Assembly (NCBI GenBank): GCA_946407705.1 | Contig: CAMJPC010000006.1 | Coordinates: forward strand, 43,753 to 107,752 | DNA: 64,000 nt | From: an uncultured Clostridia bacterium | GTDB taxonomy: Bacteria > Bacillota > Clostridia > Saccharofermentanales > Saccharofermentanaceae | Direction of reading: 5' to 3' | Part shown: piece by piece, positions 27,219 to 37,880 of the stretch | How the letters are laid out: each line of letters starts with the position of its first letter | Position numbering within the stretch: position 1 is the stretch's first letter | The notes under the pieces: model-generated | The model's database searches: none | Told to the model about the DNA's origin: nothing | The model's input: only the letters and a program-made list of their open reading frames with translations | Position numbers and translations under genes: made by a program

Positions 27219-28796
27219 TTATTTTGCAATGTCTGTCGCGCGAATTTCACGTATTACATTGACCTTTATCTGGCCGGGATAGTCAAGCTCATCTTCGATC
27301 TTCTTGCAGATCTCATGAGCCTTAAGCGCCATCTCATCATCAGAAACCTTGTCGGGAGAAACGATAACTCGGATCTCACGGCCGGCCTGAATCGCAAAGC
27401 TCTTCTCAACACCCTCAAAGCTCGTAGCGATTTCTTCAAGTTTCTCGATTCTCTTAATGTATGTCTCGAGATTCTCTCTTCTCGCTCCAGGACGAGCAGC
27501 TGAAATCGCATCTGCTGCGGCTACGAGCACTGCTTCCGCACATGTCGGCTCTACATCGCCGTGGTGCGCTTCAATGCAGTTGATGACATCAGGATTCTCG
27601 TGGTACTTCTTGGCAATCTCAACACCGAGCTGTACGTGTGTTCCTTCCTGCTCGAAGTCGACTGACTTACCAATATCGTGGAGTAATCCTGCCCTCTTTG
27701 CCAGATTGCTGTCCAGACCCAACTCATCGGCCATCATAGAAGCAATCCAAGATACTTCAATTGAATGCTGAAGTACATTTTGTCCATATGATGTTCTGTA
27801 GTGAAGTCTTCCCAGAAGCTTGATGATCTCCGGATGAAGATTCATGACTCCTGTGTCGAAGGAAGCCTTCTCACCCTCTGCCTTAATCGTCTGATTGAGT
27901 TCTTTCTTGGCCTTGTTAGACATTTCCTCGATCCTTGCGGGATGGATTCTTCCGTCTGCAACCAGCTTCTCAATCGTGAGTCTCGCGATCTCTCTTCTGA
28001 TAGGATCAAACGAGGACAATACGATAGCTTCGGGAGTATCGTCAATAATAAGGTCGACACCTGTTATGGTCTCAATGGCACGGATGTTACGTCCTTCACG
28101 ACCGATGATTCTTCCCTTCATCTCGTCGTTCGGGAGATTTACAACCGATACCGTAACCTCTGAAACGTAGTCGGATGCGTAACGCTGAATCGCGTTGACG
28201 ATGATGTCTTTAGCGACCTTGTCCGCATTCTGCTTCGTTTTCTCTTCCATCTGCTTGAGCATTACTGCCATATCATGCGTATATTCACGCTTTGCTTCTT
28301 CAAGTACGAGGCTCTTTGCTTCGGCTACCGTAAGACCGGAAACATTTTCAAGTTCCACCTTCTTACGTGATTCGTAATCCTTAGCGCGGGCTTCGAGTTC
28401 CGCAACATTCTGCTGCCTCTTCTCGATTTCCTCCTGCTTGCGTTCACAACCCTGCTCCAAGCGGATGATATTTTCTTCTCTCTGCTCAAGTTTGTTGCGT
28501 TCTTTTGCAAGTTCCTGTTTGATGTCCCTGGCCTCACGTTCCAGTTCGGAACGGACCCTGGCGGCTTCTTCCTTTGCCTGCAAAAGCAAATCGCGTTTGT
28601 TATTCTCTGCCTCTTTCCTGGCATTTGCAGTCTGCATATCCAAGTCTTCTTTAGACTTCGCTATATCCTCCGCAAGTTTTTTCTGTTTTCTTGATACACC
28701 GGAAACAAAATATAATGCGGAACTTACAATACCCAGGATGAGACCAACAACGCCCACGATTATCACAACAATTAAACCAAAACCTTGTTGTGGCAC
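27219..28796 (-). CDS. rny: Ribonuclease Y
   Basis: N-terminal TM helix, coiled coil, KH domain ([11 protein letters not shown]) and HD domain (LLHDIGK). True start is GTG 28796 after GGAGGTGA. Confidence 0.95.
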   Translation of the reverse strand: MPQQGFGLIVVIIVGVVGLILGIVSSALYFVSGVSRKQKKLAEDIAKSKEDLDMQTANARKEAENNKRDLLLQAKEEAARVRSELEREARDIKQELAKERNKLEQREENIIRLEQGCERKQEEIEKRQQNVAELEARAKDYESRKKVELENVSGLTVAEAKSLVLEEAKREYTHDMAVMLKQMEEKTKQNADKVAKDIIVNAIQRYASDYVSEVTVSVVNLPNDEMKGRIIGREGRNIRAIETITGVDLIIDDTPEAIVLSSFDPIRREIARLTIEKLVADGRIHPARIEEMSNKAKKELNQTIKAEGEKASFDTGVMNLHPEIIKLLGRLHYRTSYGQNVLQHSIEVSWIASMMADELGLDSNLAKRAGLLHDIGKSVDFEQEGTHVQLGVEIAKKYHENPDVINCIEAHHGDVEPTCAEAVLVAAADAISAARPGARRENLETYIKRIEKLEEIATSFEGVEKSFAIQAGREIRVIVSPDKVSDDEMALKAHEICKKIEDELDYPGQIKVNVIREIRATDIAK

Positions 28797-28866
28797 GTTG
28801 GTACTCACCTCCAAAATATATTTAGTTGTCAAAGAACGTTTACATGGCTCTGACAAGCCAACAATT

Positions 28867-28908
28867 ATTTTAGGAATAAAATATCCTTGTGTCAACATTT
28901 GTTACAAT
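28867..28908. promoter_or_regulatory. Back-to-back promoters for rny and the RluA-family gene
   Basis: Minus strand: TTGACA (28890-95)-17-TAAAAT (28867-72). Plus strand: extended -10 TGtTACAAT (28900-08), 6 nt before the ATG. Confidence 0.65.
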
Positions 28909-28914
28909 ATAGAT

Positions 28915-29820
28915 ATGAAAATCGACTATTTCATTGAACAACAATACGAAAAGTGCGAAATCCGTTCAATTCTTGCCCGGAAATACAAAATGAGCGGCAC
29001 CATGATAAAGAAGCTCAAGATGTACGGAACGGTCGAACTTAACGGCGTCCATGCACGCGTTGTTGACCTTGTTTCCGCAGGAGAGCGGCTTTATTGTGAG
29101 TATGAAGACAACTCGGGGGCTCTTAACCGGAACCCCAATATACCCATACTTTTCGAAAACGGATCATACGCAGTGGTCGATAAGCCTGCCGGCATGGTCA
29201 CACACCCGGGACACGGCCACCTCGACGACTCTCTCCTCACCCACCTGTCAGACCATCCCCTTCATCCGGTAATGCGTCTTGACCGTGAGACATCCGGACT
29301 GATCATCATTGCCAAAGACGGCTATACTCACAACACTCTTTCTGCCCACGCGGATATAGTTAAAAAATACAAGGCCCTTACCTACGGCAAATGGGCTGAG
29401 GACCACGGAACCATCAACGTTCCAATAGCCAGAAGGCCCGGTTCTGTAATGATAAGAGACTGCGTCACCGATGGAACCGGACGTGATTCGGTTACTCACT
29501 ATTCAGTGCTTGAATACTTCCCTGACAAAGACATTTCACTGGTCGAATACAGACTCGAGACAGGAAGGTGCCATCAGATCAGGGTACACTCACTTTACAT
29601 GGGACATCCTCTGGTCGGAGACGGTTTTTACGGGCCGAATTCCATCGATAATCCTTCAGAGAAGTTTCCTCAGTCTTCAGTGCTGGATAAGGCAGTCGGC
29701 CGTGTCGCGCTTCACGCATACAGCCTGAAGTTTAATGATCCTTTGGAAAACGACGTCATAAGGGAATTCGAAAGTCCCCTTCCTCAAGATATCGCAGGTC
29801 TTACAGGAAAGATTGGATAA
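28915..29820 (+). CDS. RluA/RluD-family pseudouridine synthase
   Basis: VVDKPAGMVTHP, RLDRETSG and LETGRCHQIRVH. True start is ATG 28915 (MKIDYF); the ORF-track extension overlapping rny is spurious. Confidence 0.9.
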   Translation: MKIDYFIEQQYEKCEIRSILARKYKMSGTMIKKLKMYGTVELNGVHARVVDLVSAGERLYCEYEDNSGALNRNPNIPILFENGSYAVVDKPAGMVTHPGHGHLDDSLLTHLSDHPLHPVMRLDRETSGLIIIAKDGYTHNTLSAHADIVKKYKALTYGKWAEDHGTINVPIARRPGSVMIRDCVTDGTGRDSVTHYSVLEYFPDKDISLVEYRLETGRCHQIRVHSLYMGHPLVGDGFYGPNSIDNPSEKFPQSSVLDKAVGRVALHAYSLKFNDPLENDVIREFESPLPQDIAGLTGKIG

Positions 29821-31507
29821 GATCCCTGGCAAGCCTGACCGAAGATTCCCCGTTGCCGCCTGAAAGAAGTCTAGAAACTTCGTTTATGCGGGCTTCATTA
29901 TCGAGGAGAGCACATTCAGTTACCGTATTCCCGGATACAACGCGCTTGGTCAGCATGAAATTGCAGTCGGCAGCTGCCGCTATCTGAGCGGTATGAGTAA
30001 CGCAGAGTACCTGATGTCCTTCGGCAATTGACTTAAGCTTTTTCGCTATCGCGGCAGAAGCCTTGCCTGACACACCCGTATCGATCTCATCGAAGATCAG
30101 GGTCGGCGTGTTATCGCTCCTGCTCAGCACGTTCTTAATGGCGAGCATGATCCTGGAAGCCTCACCGCCTGAGATGATTGCGGACAAAGCTCTCGCCTCC
30201 TGTCCCGGATTGGCACTGAACTTGAATGCTATGTCATCAATTCCCGAAGCCGAGAAGAATCTTGTCTTCTCTCTTCTTGTAAAATCAACCTCAAATACCG
30301 CATTAGGCATCTCAAGGTCACTTAATTCTTTGACTATGGCAGATGAAAGCTTCTTTCCCGCCGCTTTCCTGGCTGCCGACAATTCCTCAGCACAAGCGAG
30401 CAGCTTTTTCTCAACGGCAACTCTCTTCGTCTTGAGTTCAGAAAGCAGATCCTTATTTGCATCAATTTCAGAAAGTTCTGCAGCAGATTTGGCGGCAAAC
30501 TCGTTTATCTCCGCAATGCTCTGACCGTATTTGCCCTTGAGGTCGTATAGAAGTCCGATCCTCTCCTCGGTCTTTCCGCGGAGTTCGGGATCATAGTTCA
30601 TCTCATCGAGTATCCTTGCTATATCCGCCCCGAGTGCTTCAAGATCAAGCGCGATTGCATTGGCACGGGCAGAAAGGCTCGTATATGAAGCGTCGTGGGA
30701 TGCCACCTTGGCAAGTTCCCTTGCTGCAAAAGAAGTATCAGAAGCTGCTCCCTGCGATGAATTGCCTTCACTTCCGTCGCCGCCCTCAAGAACTGAAAGA
30801 ACCTCAGAAAGTACGGAACAAGTGGACTCATTTAACTGGAGTTTCTTTCTTGTCTCGATGAGTTCTTCTTCCTCACCGTCCTTAAAAGCTGCGTCACCGA
30901 TCTCTTTTACAACGAATTCAAGATACTCCCTGCGCCTGTCAAGATAATCAGGAGAAGACGAAATGCCCTTTATTCTGAGAACGATCTGCTTGTATTCATC
31001 AAGAAGCTCGGTGTATTCGTCATGAAGCTTCGTGATCTTGGCACCGCCATAGCTGTCAAGATATCCGGAATGGCTCTTCTCATCAAAGATCTTCTGGGTA
31101 TCATGCTGGCCGTGTATGTCCACAAGAAATGAAGCCACGTCTTTAAGCAGCTGAAGCGTTACGCCGATACCGTTGACTCTTGCCATGCTCTTACCGTTAA
31201 CATAGATCTGGCGTGAGATCATGAGCATGTCTTCTTCACAGGTGATGCCCTGAGCCTCAAGCATCTTGTCCAGTTCTGAACGGTTCTTCAGGTCCGTCAT
31301 GTCAAAGCAGGCTTCAACAAAGCAGGACTGTGAACCTGACCTGACAAGAGTTTTGGAAGCCTTAGCACCAAGGATCAGGCTTATTGCATCAACAATAAGG
31401 CTCTTACCCGCTCCGGTCTCACCGCTGATGCAGTTTAGTCCGTAAGAAGGTTCGAAAACTATATTTGAGATTACGGCGAAATCCCTTATCTCAAGGCGGA
31501 GCAGCAT
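29801..31507 (-). CDS. recN: DNA repair protein RecN
   Basis: GETGAGKS, SGGEASR, IFDEIDTG, CVTH. Confidence 0.95.
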   Translation of the reverse strand: MLLRLEIRDFAVISNIVFEPSYGLNCISGETGAGKSLIVDAISLILGAKASKTLVRSGSQSCFVEACFDMTDLKNRSELDKMLEAQGITCEEDMLMISRQIYVNGKSMARVNGIGVTLQLLKDVASFLVDIHGQHDTQKIFDEKSHSGYLDSYGGAKITKLHDEYTELLDEYKQIVLRIKGISSSPDYLDRRREYLEFVVKEIGDAAFKDGEEEELIETRKKLQLNESTCSVLSEVLSVLEGGDGSEGNSSQGAASDTSFAARELAKVASHDASYTSLSARANAIALDLEALGADIARILDEMNYDPELRGKTEERIGLLYDLKGKYGQSIAEINEFAAKSAAELSEIDANKDLLSELKTKRVAVEKKLLACAEELSAARKAAGKKLSSAIVKELSDLEMPNAVFEVDFTRREKTRFFSASGIDDIAFKFSANPGQEARALSAIISGGEASRIMLAIKNVLSRSDNTPTLIFDEIDTGVSGKASAAIAKKLKSIAEGHQVLCVTHTAQIAAAADCNFMLTKRVVSGNTVTECALLDNEARINEVSRLLSGGNGESSVRLARDLIQSFL

Positions 31508-31510
31508 CTA

Positions 31511-31996
31511 TTACACCGTCCCGTCCGGAGATGTTCCGCGATCCATCATGTCGGAGATCGTCATTACGAGAGCTTTCGCTTCATCAATACCGCTTGCGGC
31601 ACAGAATACCGTATCGTCACCTGCGATGGTGCCGACCACATCCTGCAGATGCATTGAATCAAGTGCCGAAGCAGCTGCCTGCGCCATTCCGGGAAGTGTT
31701 TTGATGACAAGGATGTTCATTGCAGCCTGGACTGAAACAAGGCTGTTGGAGAAAACCGCAAGAAGCCTTCCGGGAGCAACATCGCCTGTCCTGTCGAGGA
31801 CAGCGTACTTAGTGGACTTATTAGGAAGCGTTATCTTTATGATCCCGAGCTCCTTGATATCCCTTGAACATGTTGCCTGGGTAGCCTCAAAACCCGCTTC
31901 GCGCACGAGCTTGGTCAGGTCTTCCTGGGTTGAGATGTCCTTTTCACGTATAAGCTTGAGAATTAACTCTTGTCTTGCATTCTTACCTGTTTTCAT
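31511..31996 (-). CDS. argR: Arginine repressor
   Basis: TQATCSRD, KTLPG and GTIAGDDT. Confidence 0.93.
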   Translation of the reverse strand: MKTGKNARQELILKLIREKDISTQEDLTKLVREAGFEATQATCSRDIKELGIIKITLPNKSTKYAVLDRTGDVAPGRLLAVFSNSLVSVQAAMNILVIKTLPGMAQAAASALDSMHLQDVVGTIAGDDTVFCAASGIDEAKALVMTISDMMDRGTSPDGTV

Positions 31997-32855
31997 AGAA
32001 AGATCCTCTCTGAACGATCTTCTTTCTTACGTCACTGAAGAAGTTGTCGCTCTTGAGCGTCGCAGTCTTCAGCACCTTGGAAAAGCGCTTGATAACGATT
32101 GAATCATACGGTTCGAGATCAACAAAGTTCCTGCCGTCGGGACAGATCATGGGTGCGGACTCGAAATCATCGAGATCAACGCGTATCACGCTGTCTGGAC
32201 CCGTCACATAGGTCAGCCCGTTGAATGTATGAGAGCATATCGGCGTAACGATGATATCCTTCATCTCGGGCATAAGGAGCGGGCCGCCTGCAGCAAGCGA
32301 GTATGCTGAAGAACCGGTAGCCGTTGCTATGATGAGACCATCTCCATAGAACTTCTCTATCTTCTGGCCGTCAATCGTAAGTGTGAGCCTTGTAACGTGC
32401 GGCTTTGCACCTCTGACGATCATTATGTCGTTAAGGCATTCTTCTGAACCCTTGAGAGATCCGTCCTTCGAAAAGACCTGAACCTCAAGCTGTGTTCTTT
32501 CAAGGATCTTATACTCACCTTTAACGAGAGCCGTGATGTCTTTCTCAAGATCATCAACATTGATCTCGGTAAGGAATCCGATGGAGCCCTTGTTAACACC
32601 GATGAACTCGGTATCAAGTTCTCTGTATTTCTCAACCACCGAAAGGAATGTTCCGTCGCCGCCGATCGAAATGATAGTCTTGAGCGGTATCTTGCCGAAG
32701 TTCTCGAAAACAGTTCCTTCGGGAGCATCAAACTCCCCTTCGAACTCCTTGGCAAAAACAGGCGTGCCGCCGCAAGCGAGGATTATCTCCGCTGTCTTAC
32801 GGGCCACTTCATAGCCGGCATCCCTGTTATCATTCGAATGTATTCCGTAATTCAT
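31983..32855 (-). CDS. nadK: NAD(+) kinase
   Basis: GGDGT, GSIGFL, LND, DGLIIAT.TGSSAYSLAAGGP. Confidence 0.93.
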   Translation of the reverse strand: MNYGIHSNDNRDAGYEVARKTAEIILACGGTPVFAKEFEGEFDAPEGTVFENFGKIPLKTIISIGGDGTFLSVVEKYRELDTEFIGVNKGSIGFLTEINVDDLEKDITALVKGEYKILERTQLEVQVFSKDGSLKGSEECLNDIMIVRGAKPHVTRLTLTIDGQKIEKFYGDGLIIATATGSSAYSLAAGGPLLMPEMKDIIVTPICSHTFNGLTYVTGPDSVIRVDLDDFESAPMICPDGRNFVDLEPYDSIVIKRFSKVLKTATLKSDNFFSDVRKKIVQRGSFYENR

Positions 32856-32940
32856 ATCCTTATCCGAATCCTTGAATTAAGATCATCAGTATCTAATAAT
32901 ACTAACACATTCTGATAATTAAACAGCAATTTGAATAAAA

Positions 32941-34830
32941 TTACATTTCGCCCAATACTTTGGATACTCTGGAAGCTACGGAATCAGCGTCAAGGCCCGC
33001 CATTTTAAGCTGTTCCGCAGGCGATGCGGCCCTGATCATGGGATCGGGAACGGCGATATTATAGACATGGCACGGGCAGTTATGCTCAACAAATCCGCTG
33101 GAAACAGCCTCGCCAAAGCCACCGCTCAATATTCCCTCTTCGATCGTAAATACGTTTTTGATACCTGAGATCATGCGGATGATCTCGTCGTAAGGAACCG
33201 GCTTGATCAGCGCGAGGTTGATATGGATTCCGTTGTAACCCTTCTCCTTAAGGATCCCCACTGCCTTATCAGCTTCAGAACATATCCTTCCAACGGAAAT
33301 GATCGCGTAATCCGTTCCCGTTCCGCAGGACAGATGAGGCAGGATGCAGTCTTCAGGATCTTCATAAAGGCAACCGGAAACCTCAAACGGAGAAGATCCG
33401 CGGGGATATCTTACCGCAACAGGACCTGTGCATTTGTTGATCGCATAATCAAGACAGTAACGCAGATCCTTATAGTCTCTTGGAGACAGAACGGTAATGT
33501 TGACCATTGAATTCAAATAAGAAATATCAAGCAAACCGTGATGCGTGTGACCGTCGCTTCCGACGAATCCCGCACGGTCTATTGCGAAAACCACATGGCT
33601 GTTCATGAAGCAGACGTCGGAGATCATTTCATCATAAGCTCGCTGGAGAAATGATGAATAGATGGCAACGACAGGAGTAAATCCGGATACCGCAAGGCCG
33701 CCAGCCATTGTTACGCAGTGTTCCTCTGCGATTCCGCAGTCAAAGAATCTGGTCGGGAACTTCATTGAGAAATTCTCAAGGCCTGTTCCCTGCGTCATAG
33801 CGGCACTGATGGCGACAACGTTACGGTTCTGCGAAGCAATCTCGCAGAGCGCACCTGCAAAAGCAGTCGTATAAGAGCTTTTCGAGCCTCCGACTACGCC
33901 AGTCTGCAGATCGAAAGCGCCTACTCCGTGGTAATTGGAAGGATTGCGTTCCGCATGACCGTAACCCTTTCCCTTCTTGGTAAGCACATGGATGATGACC
34001 GGTGCCTTAATGTCTTTAACCGCATCAAAAGCCTTGATGAGATTCTTAATGTCGTGACCGTCAACGGGCCCATAGTAAACAAGTCCGAGGTCCTCGAATA
34101 TGGAAGGCTTCTTACGGTAAAGAAGGAACCTGAAGAAATCCTTGAGAGCGATGATTATCCTGATGAGTCCCCTTCCGAAGAATCCGAGCTTACGGAGGAA
34201 AGATTCCGTTGTAGCCTTAGCCGAAATGTATCCGCTCGAGATACGGAGTTTTGAAAGATAGTGCGACAGTCCTCCGACATTACGGTCGATGCTCATCTCA
34301 TTATCATTCAGGATGATCAGCATCTTGGTCTTCGAGTGCCCCGCGTCGTTTATGGCTTCATATGCAAGACCGCCAGTGAGCGCGCCGTCACCTATTACCG
34401 AGATAACGTAATTGTCTTCCTTCCTGAGATCTCTTGCACGGGCCATGCCCAAGGCAGCTGATATGGATGTGGAACTGTGTCCGGTATCAAAGCAGTCGTA
34501 TTCTGACTCGCTGATCCTGGGGAATCCCGATATGCCGCCCTTCTGTCTTAATGTATCGAACTCATTGAAACGTCCCGTTAAGATCTTATACGAATAAGAC
34601 TGGTGGCCTACGTCGAAAACGATCTTGTCTTTTGTGTAATCGAAAACAGAAAGCAGCGATACGGTCAGTTCGACCACACCGAGATTACTCGCGAGATGGC
34701 CGCCGTTCACGGAAACCGTGTTAAGTATCTTATCCCTGAGTTCAGCGCAGAGCTGTACACGCTCCGAATCCGTCATGGTCTTCAGAGTTGAAGGTGTAAG
34801 ATCTTTTTTGCCTAATATCTTATATTCCAT
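32941..34830 (-). CDS. dxs: 1-deoxy-D-xylulose-5-phosphate synthase
   Basis: GGHLASNLG, FDVGHQ, GHSSTS, GDGALTGG...NDN, IAEEH and DRAG. Confidence 0.96.
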   Translation of the reverse strand: MEYKILGKKDLTPSTLKTMTDSERVQLCAELRDKILNTVSVNGGHLASNLGVVELTVSLLSVFDYTKDKIVFDVGHQSYSYKILTGRFNEFDTLRQKGGISGFPRISESEYDCFDTGHSSTSISAALGMARARDLRKEDNYVISVIGDGALTGGLAYEAINDAGHSKTKMLIILNDNEMSIDRNVGGLSHYLSKLRISSGYISAKATTESFLRKLGFFGRGLIRIIIALKDFFRFLLYRKKPSIFEDLGLVYYGPVDGHDIKNLIKAFDAVKDIKAPVIIHVLTKKGKGYGHAERNPSNYHGVGAFDLQTGVVGGSKSSYTTAFAGALCEIASQNRNVVAISAAMTQGTGLENFSMKFPTRFFDCGIAEEHCVTMAGGLAVSGFTPVVAIYSSFLQRAYDEMISDVCFMNSHVVFAIDRAGFVGSDGHTHHGLLDISYLNSMVNITVLSPRDYKDLRYCLDYAINKCTGPVAVRYPRGSSPFEVSGCLYEDPEDCILPHLSCGTGTDYAIISVGRICSEADKAVGILKEKGYNGIHINLALIKPVPYDEIIRMISGIKNVFTIEEGILSGGFGEAVSSGFVEHNCPCHVYNIAVPDPMIRAASPAEQLKMAGLDADSVASRVSKVLGEM

Positions 34831-34848
34831 CTACCGCTATTCTCAGAT

Positions 34849-35790
34849 TCAGCTGTCTCTGGTCTCCAGATAATCTATCAGGACAGTGTATTCGTCAGTA
34901 TCATAGCCCTTTTGCTTCAGGTCTGACAAAACAAGTTTTGCCGACTCTATCTCAAGGGAGAGCTTTTTCCCGGCACCGTCTTTGCCAAGGAGAGTTACGA
35001 AAGTCGCCTTGGAGTCTCTTAAGTCCTTACCGGTATTCTTTCCGAGAATGGAAGGATCAGACTCGACATCAAGGATATCGTCCCTGATCTGGAAAGCAAG
35101 TCCGATGTGTTCAGCAAGCTTCTTAAGAAGAACCGCTGTCTCATCTTTTTCAGCCTGTTCTTCGGAAAGACCCTTTATCAGATAGTAAGGCGTTACGACG
35201 GCAGACTCGATAAGAGCACCGGTCTTCTTTCTCTGAAGCTCATAAAGAAGTTCAAGACCTATGGTCTTTCCTTCGGAATCAAGGTCTATGCTCTGGCCGC
35301 CGACCATACCGTCAAGACCCGCATTCCTGCACATGAAATAAGATGCATACAGATATCCGGGATTCTCGATGGCTTTCTTAAAAAGCCTCTCACACGCCGT
35401 ATTAAGCAGAAGATCACCTGCCAGCGTAGCGATGCCTTCACCGTAGACTTTATGGCATGTAGGCTTTCCTCGTCTTAAGTCATCGTTATCCATGGCCGGA
35501 AGGTCATCATGGATAAGCGAATATGTATGGATCATCTCAAGCGTGGCTGCATAATACAAAACGTCGGCCAGCTTTGTATCAGAGCAGCCGATCATACGCG
35601 CGGTAAGTCTCATCATTAACGGACGGAGCCTCTTACCGCCCGCTTTCAGGCTGTACATGGAAGCTTTGACCGTGATGTCATCCTGTTTGTCTTTTGCAAA
35701 TACCGATTCCAGTTCCGGATCAAGCCACTCACCGGTCTCTTTTGCAAACTCACCGATAGTCATTAATATATCTCCCGTCTTTTCAGACAT
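34849..35790 (-). CDS. ispA: Farnesyl/geranyl diphosphate synthase
   Basis: GGKRLRP, HDDLPAMDNDDLRRG, KKTG and FQIRDDILD. Confidence 0.93.
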   Translation of the reverse strand: MSEKTGDILMTIGEFAKETGEWLDPELESVFAKDKQDDITVKASMYSLKAGGKRLRPLMMRLTARMIGCSDTKLADVLYYAATLEMIHTYSLIHDDLPAMDNDDLRRGKPTCHKVYGEGIATLAGDLLLNTACERLFKKAIENPGYLYASYFMCRNAGLDGMVGGQSIDLDSEGKTIGLELLYELQRKKTGALIESAVVTPYYLIKGLSEEQAEKDETAVLLKKLAEHIGLAFQIRDDILDVESDPSILGKNTGKDLRDSKATFVTLLGKDGAGKKLSLEIESAKLVLSDLKQKGYDTDEYTVLIDYLETRDS

Positions 35791-36022
35791 CGCTCTCTTC
35801 GATATTCAGCGGATCTTCACCGCCCGTAGCCTTATTGACCTCAGATATCTTCTGGGTAACCTCGCGGAGTTTCTTATCACAGTATGCCGCAAGCTCGTTT
35901 CCCCTTTTGTAAAGCTGAAGGGATTCATCGAGCGTAACCTTGCCCTCGTTCAGACGGGCAACGATCTGCTTAAGTTCTTCCAGAGCCTCTTCATAGCTCA
36001 TCTTTTCTTTCTTATCAGGCAT
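35783..36022 (-). CDS. xseB: Exodeoxyribonuclease VII small subunit
   Basis: SYEEALEELKQIVARL...LDESL.LY.RG; located between xseA and ispA. Confidence 0.93.
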   Translation of the reverse strand: MPDKKEKMSYEEALEELKQIVARLNEGKVTLDESLQLYKRGNELAAYCDKKLREVTQKISEVNKATGGEDPLNIEESDV

Positions 36023-36024
36023 GG

Positions 36025-37242
36025 TTAAGAAGTCCTCCTGTTATCAAATGAAGTATCGATTATCTCACCGGTTGCCTTGCCGTCGGCAAACACAATTCCT
36101 ATAACGTCGCCCTTCTTAAGTGAAGATGCGGATTCCACGGCCTTTCCGTCAGCGTCACTGACATATGAATAGCCTCTCTTAAGTACGTTTGTCGGATTAA
36201 GCGATTCAAGTCTGCCCTGCAATGTTTTCTGATCTCCGGAAAGCTTGGTAACCTTTGCTTCCATTGCAGTCTTCATCTCAGCCCGGTACTTGTCCACAAC
36301 AAGAAGCTGCTGTTTTGCGAAGAATGCCGGAGTATGAAGCGCCTTATGATTAGCGAGCATATCAAGTATGCTTCGCTTTGAACCGATATAAGAATTGACA
36401 GCGATATCAAGGCTGAGGGCAAGGTTATCGACCATGTTCTTCTGGTCATCGTAGGATGCCATTACCTGCTCGGCCGCAGCAGTCGGAGTAGCGGCCCTGA
36501 GGTCTGCCACATAGTCGATTATCGTATAATCAGGCTCGTGGCCGATGGCCGAGATTACAGGTATCTCTGAAGCGAAAACCGCTCTCGCGATCCTTTCGTC
36601 GTTGAATCCGAATAGATCCTCGTAAGAACCGCCGCCTCTGGCAACTATGATTACATCAACGTTTTTCTTATCATTAAAGTAATTCACGCCTTCAGCTACT
36701 TCAGGCGGACAGTTCTCTCCCTGAACACTTGCAGGATACAAAAGCAGATCGAAGTAAGGGTTCCTCTTCCTTAAAGTATTGACGATGTCGGAGATTACAC
36801 GTCCCGAAGCGGATGTAACCACGCCGATCCTTTTTGGAAGGACAGGCAGAGGCTTCTTGTGTTCGGGCGCAAAGAGACCTTCTTTCGAGAGCCTTTCAAA
36901 AAGCTGCTTATATTGCTCGTGAAGATCGCCCTTCCCCGCTTCCTTGATGGTAAGTACCTGCATCTGAAGTTTGCCGCTTGGAGCATAGAAATCCATGCAT
37001 CCGGTAACGGTTACCTTCATGCCTATTGCCGGGGTGAACGAAGCGTATGCGATGTATCTCGAGAACATGACGCAGCCCATTACGGCTTCTGCGTCCTTGA
37101 TGGTGAAATATGCATGTCCCCTGGAAGAAATAGTATAAGCGGAGATCTCCCCTGTTACGCTGAAATCAGAGAGATACTCGCTGCCCGTAAGGTAGCTCTT
37201 GATATAGTTATCAAGCTGGCTTACAGACTTGAACTCAACCAT
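36025..37242 (-). CDS. xseA: Exodeoxyribonuclease VII large subunit
   Basis: OB fold (GHAYFTIKD), RGGGSYEDL, IGHEPD, ATPTAAAE. Confidence 0.95.
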   Translation of the reverse strand: MVEFKSVSQLDNYIKSYLTGSEYLSDFSVTGEISAYTISSRGHAYFTIKDAEAVMGCVMFSRYIAYASFTPAIGMKVTVTGCMDFYAPSGKLQMQVLTIKEAGKGDLHEQYKQLFERLSKEGLFAPEHKKPLPVLPKRIGVVTSASGRVISDIVNTLRKRNPYFDLLLYPASVQGENCPPEVAEGVNYFNDKKNVDVIIVARGGGSYEDLFGFNDERIARAVFASEIPVISAIGHEPDYTIIDYVADLRAATPTAAAEQVMASYDDQKNMVDNLALSLDIAVNSYIGSKRSILDMLANHKALHTPAFFAKQQLLVVDKYRAEMKTAMEAKVTKLSGDQKTLQGRLESLNPTNVLKRGYSYVSDADGKAVESASSLKKGDVIGIVFADGKATGEIIDTSFDNRRTS

Positions 37243-37245
37243 TCG

Positions 37246-37644
37246 TCAAAGACTCTTTTCGAAAGAACTCAAAACGCCGTTGATGTAAGATGCGGAATTG
37301 TCCGTGCCGTATTTCTTGGCAAGCTTGACAGCCTCGTTGATGGATACCGACGTAGGGATCTCATCAAGCTTAGTAATCTCATATACTGCAATTTCCAGGA
37401 TGATCCTGTCTGTGAGCGGAAGTCTCTCGAGCTTCCACTTCTTAAGGAAAGGCGCGAAAAGATCATCGATCTCATCACGCATATTGATGACACCGTAGAT
37501 CAGATCGATGAAATATGACTCATCACCTGCCAGTTCCGGATTATTCTCTTTAAACAGGTCGATCTGGCCCGCAACGGGATCGTTCCTGAAAAAACTCTGG
37601 AAAAGGAATTCCATTGCGAGTTCTCTTGTCTCAATTCTGCTCAT
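37246..37644 (-). CDS. nusB: Transcription antitermination factor NusB
   Basis: W.LERLP.TDR.IL, INEAVKLAKKY, YINGVL. Confidence 0.94.
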   Translation of the reverse strand: MSRIETRELAMEFLFQSFFRNDPVAGQIDLFKENNPELAGDESYFIDLIYGVINMRDEIDDLFAPFLKKWKLERLPLTDRIILEIAVYEITKLDEIPTSVSINEAVKLAKKYGTDNSASYINGVLSSFEKSL

Positions 37645-37877
37645 CTGACCCTCCCAGGCGGCAGGATACGATCAAGGAATTTCTTGAATTTGCTCGTATC
37701 GCTGAAAAGGAATGATCCGACGAAGAATCCCACCGCGGTAAATAGAATAATAAACAGCGTTTTGAAAAAGCCGAATATGCAAAGGAGAACTCCGGTAACG
37801 AAGAAAAAGAAGGCGAATACCGTACCCGCCTTCGAGTTGCGCATCTTCTCGAACAGCTTGGAGAGGAAACGTTCCAT
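37641..37877 (-). CDS. DUF2273 small membrane protein
   Basis: GFFKTLFIILFTAVGFFVG; conserved position between amaP and nusB. Confidence 0.8.
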   Translation of the reverse strand: MERFLSKLFEKMRNSKAGTVFAFFFFVTGVLLCIFGFFKTLFIILFTAVGFFVGSFLFSDTSKFKKFLDRILPPGRVR

Positions 37878-37880
37878 GTG

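Noticed and set aside
28438-28914. ORF-track extensions making rny (to 28898) and the RluA-family gene (from 28438) overlap
   Set aside because: Better starts exist: GTG 28796 with a strong SD and ATG 28915 with a promoter. The gap holds two clear promoters.
32856-32940. ARG boxes upstream of nadK-argR
   Set aside because: Only partial TGAAT half-sites; no convincing TGAAT-N4-ATTCA palindrome.
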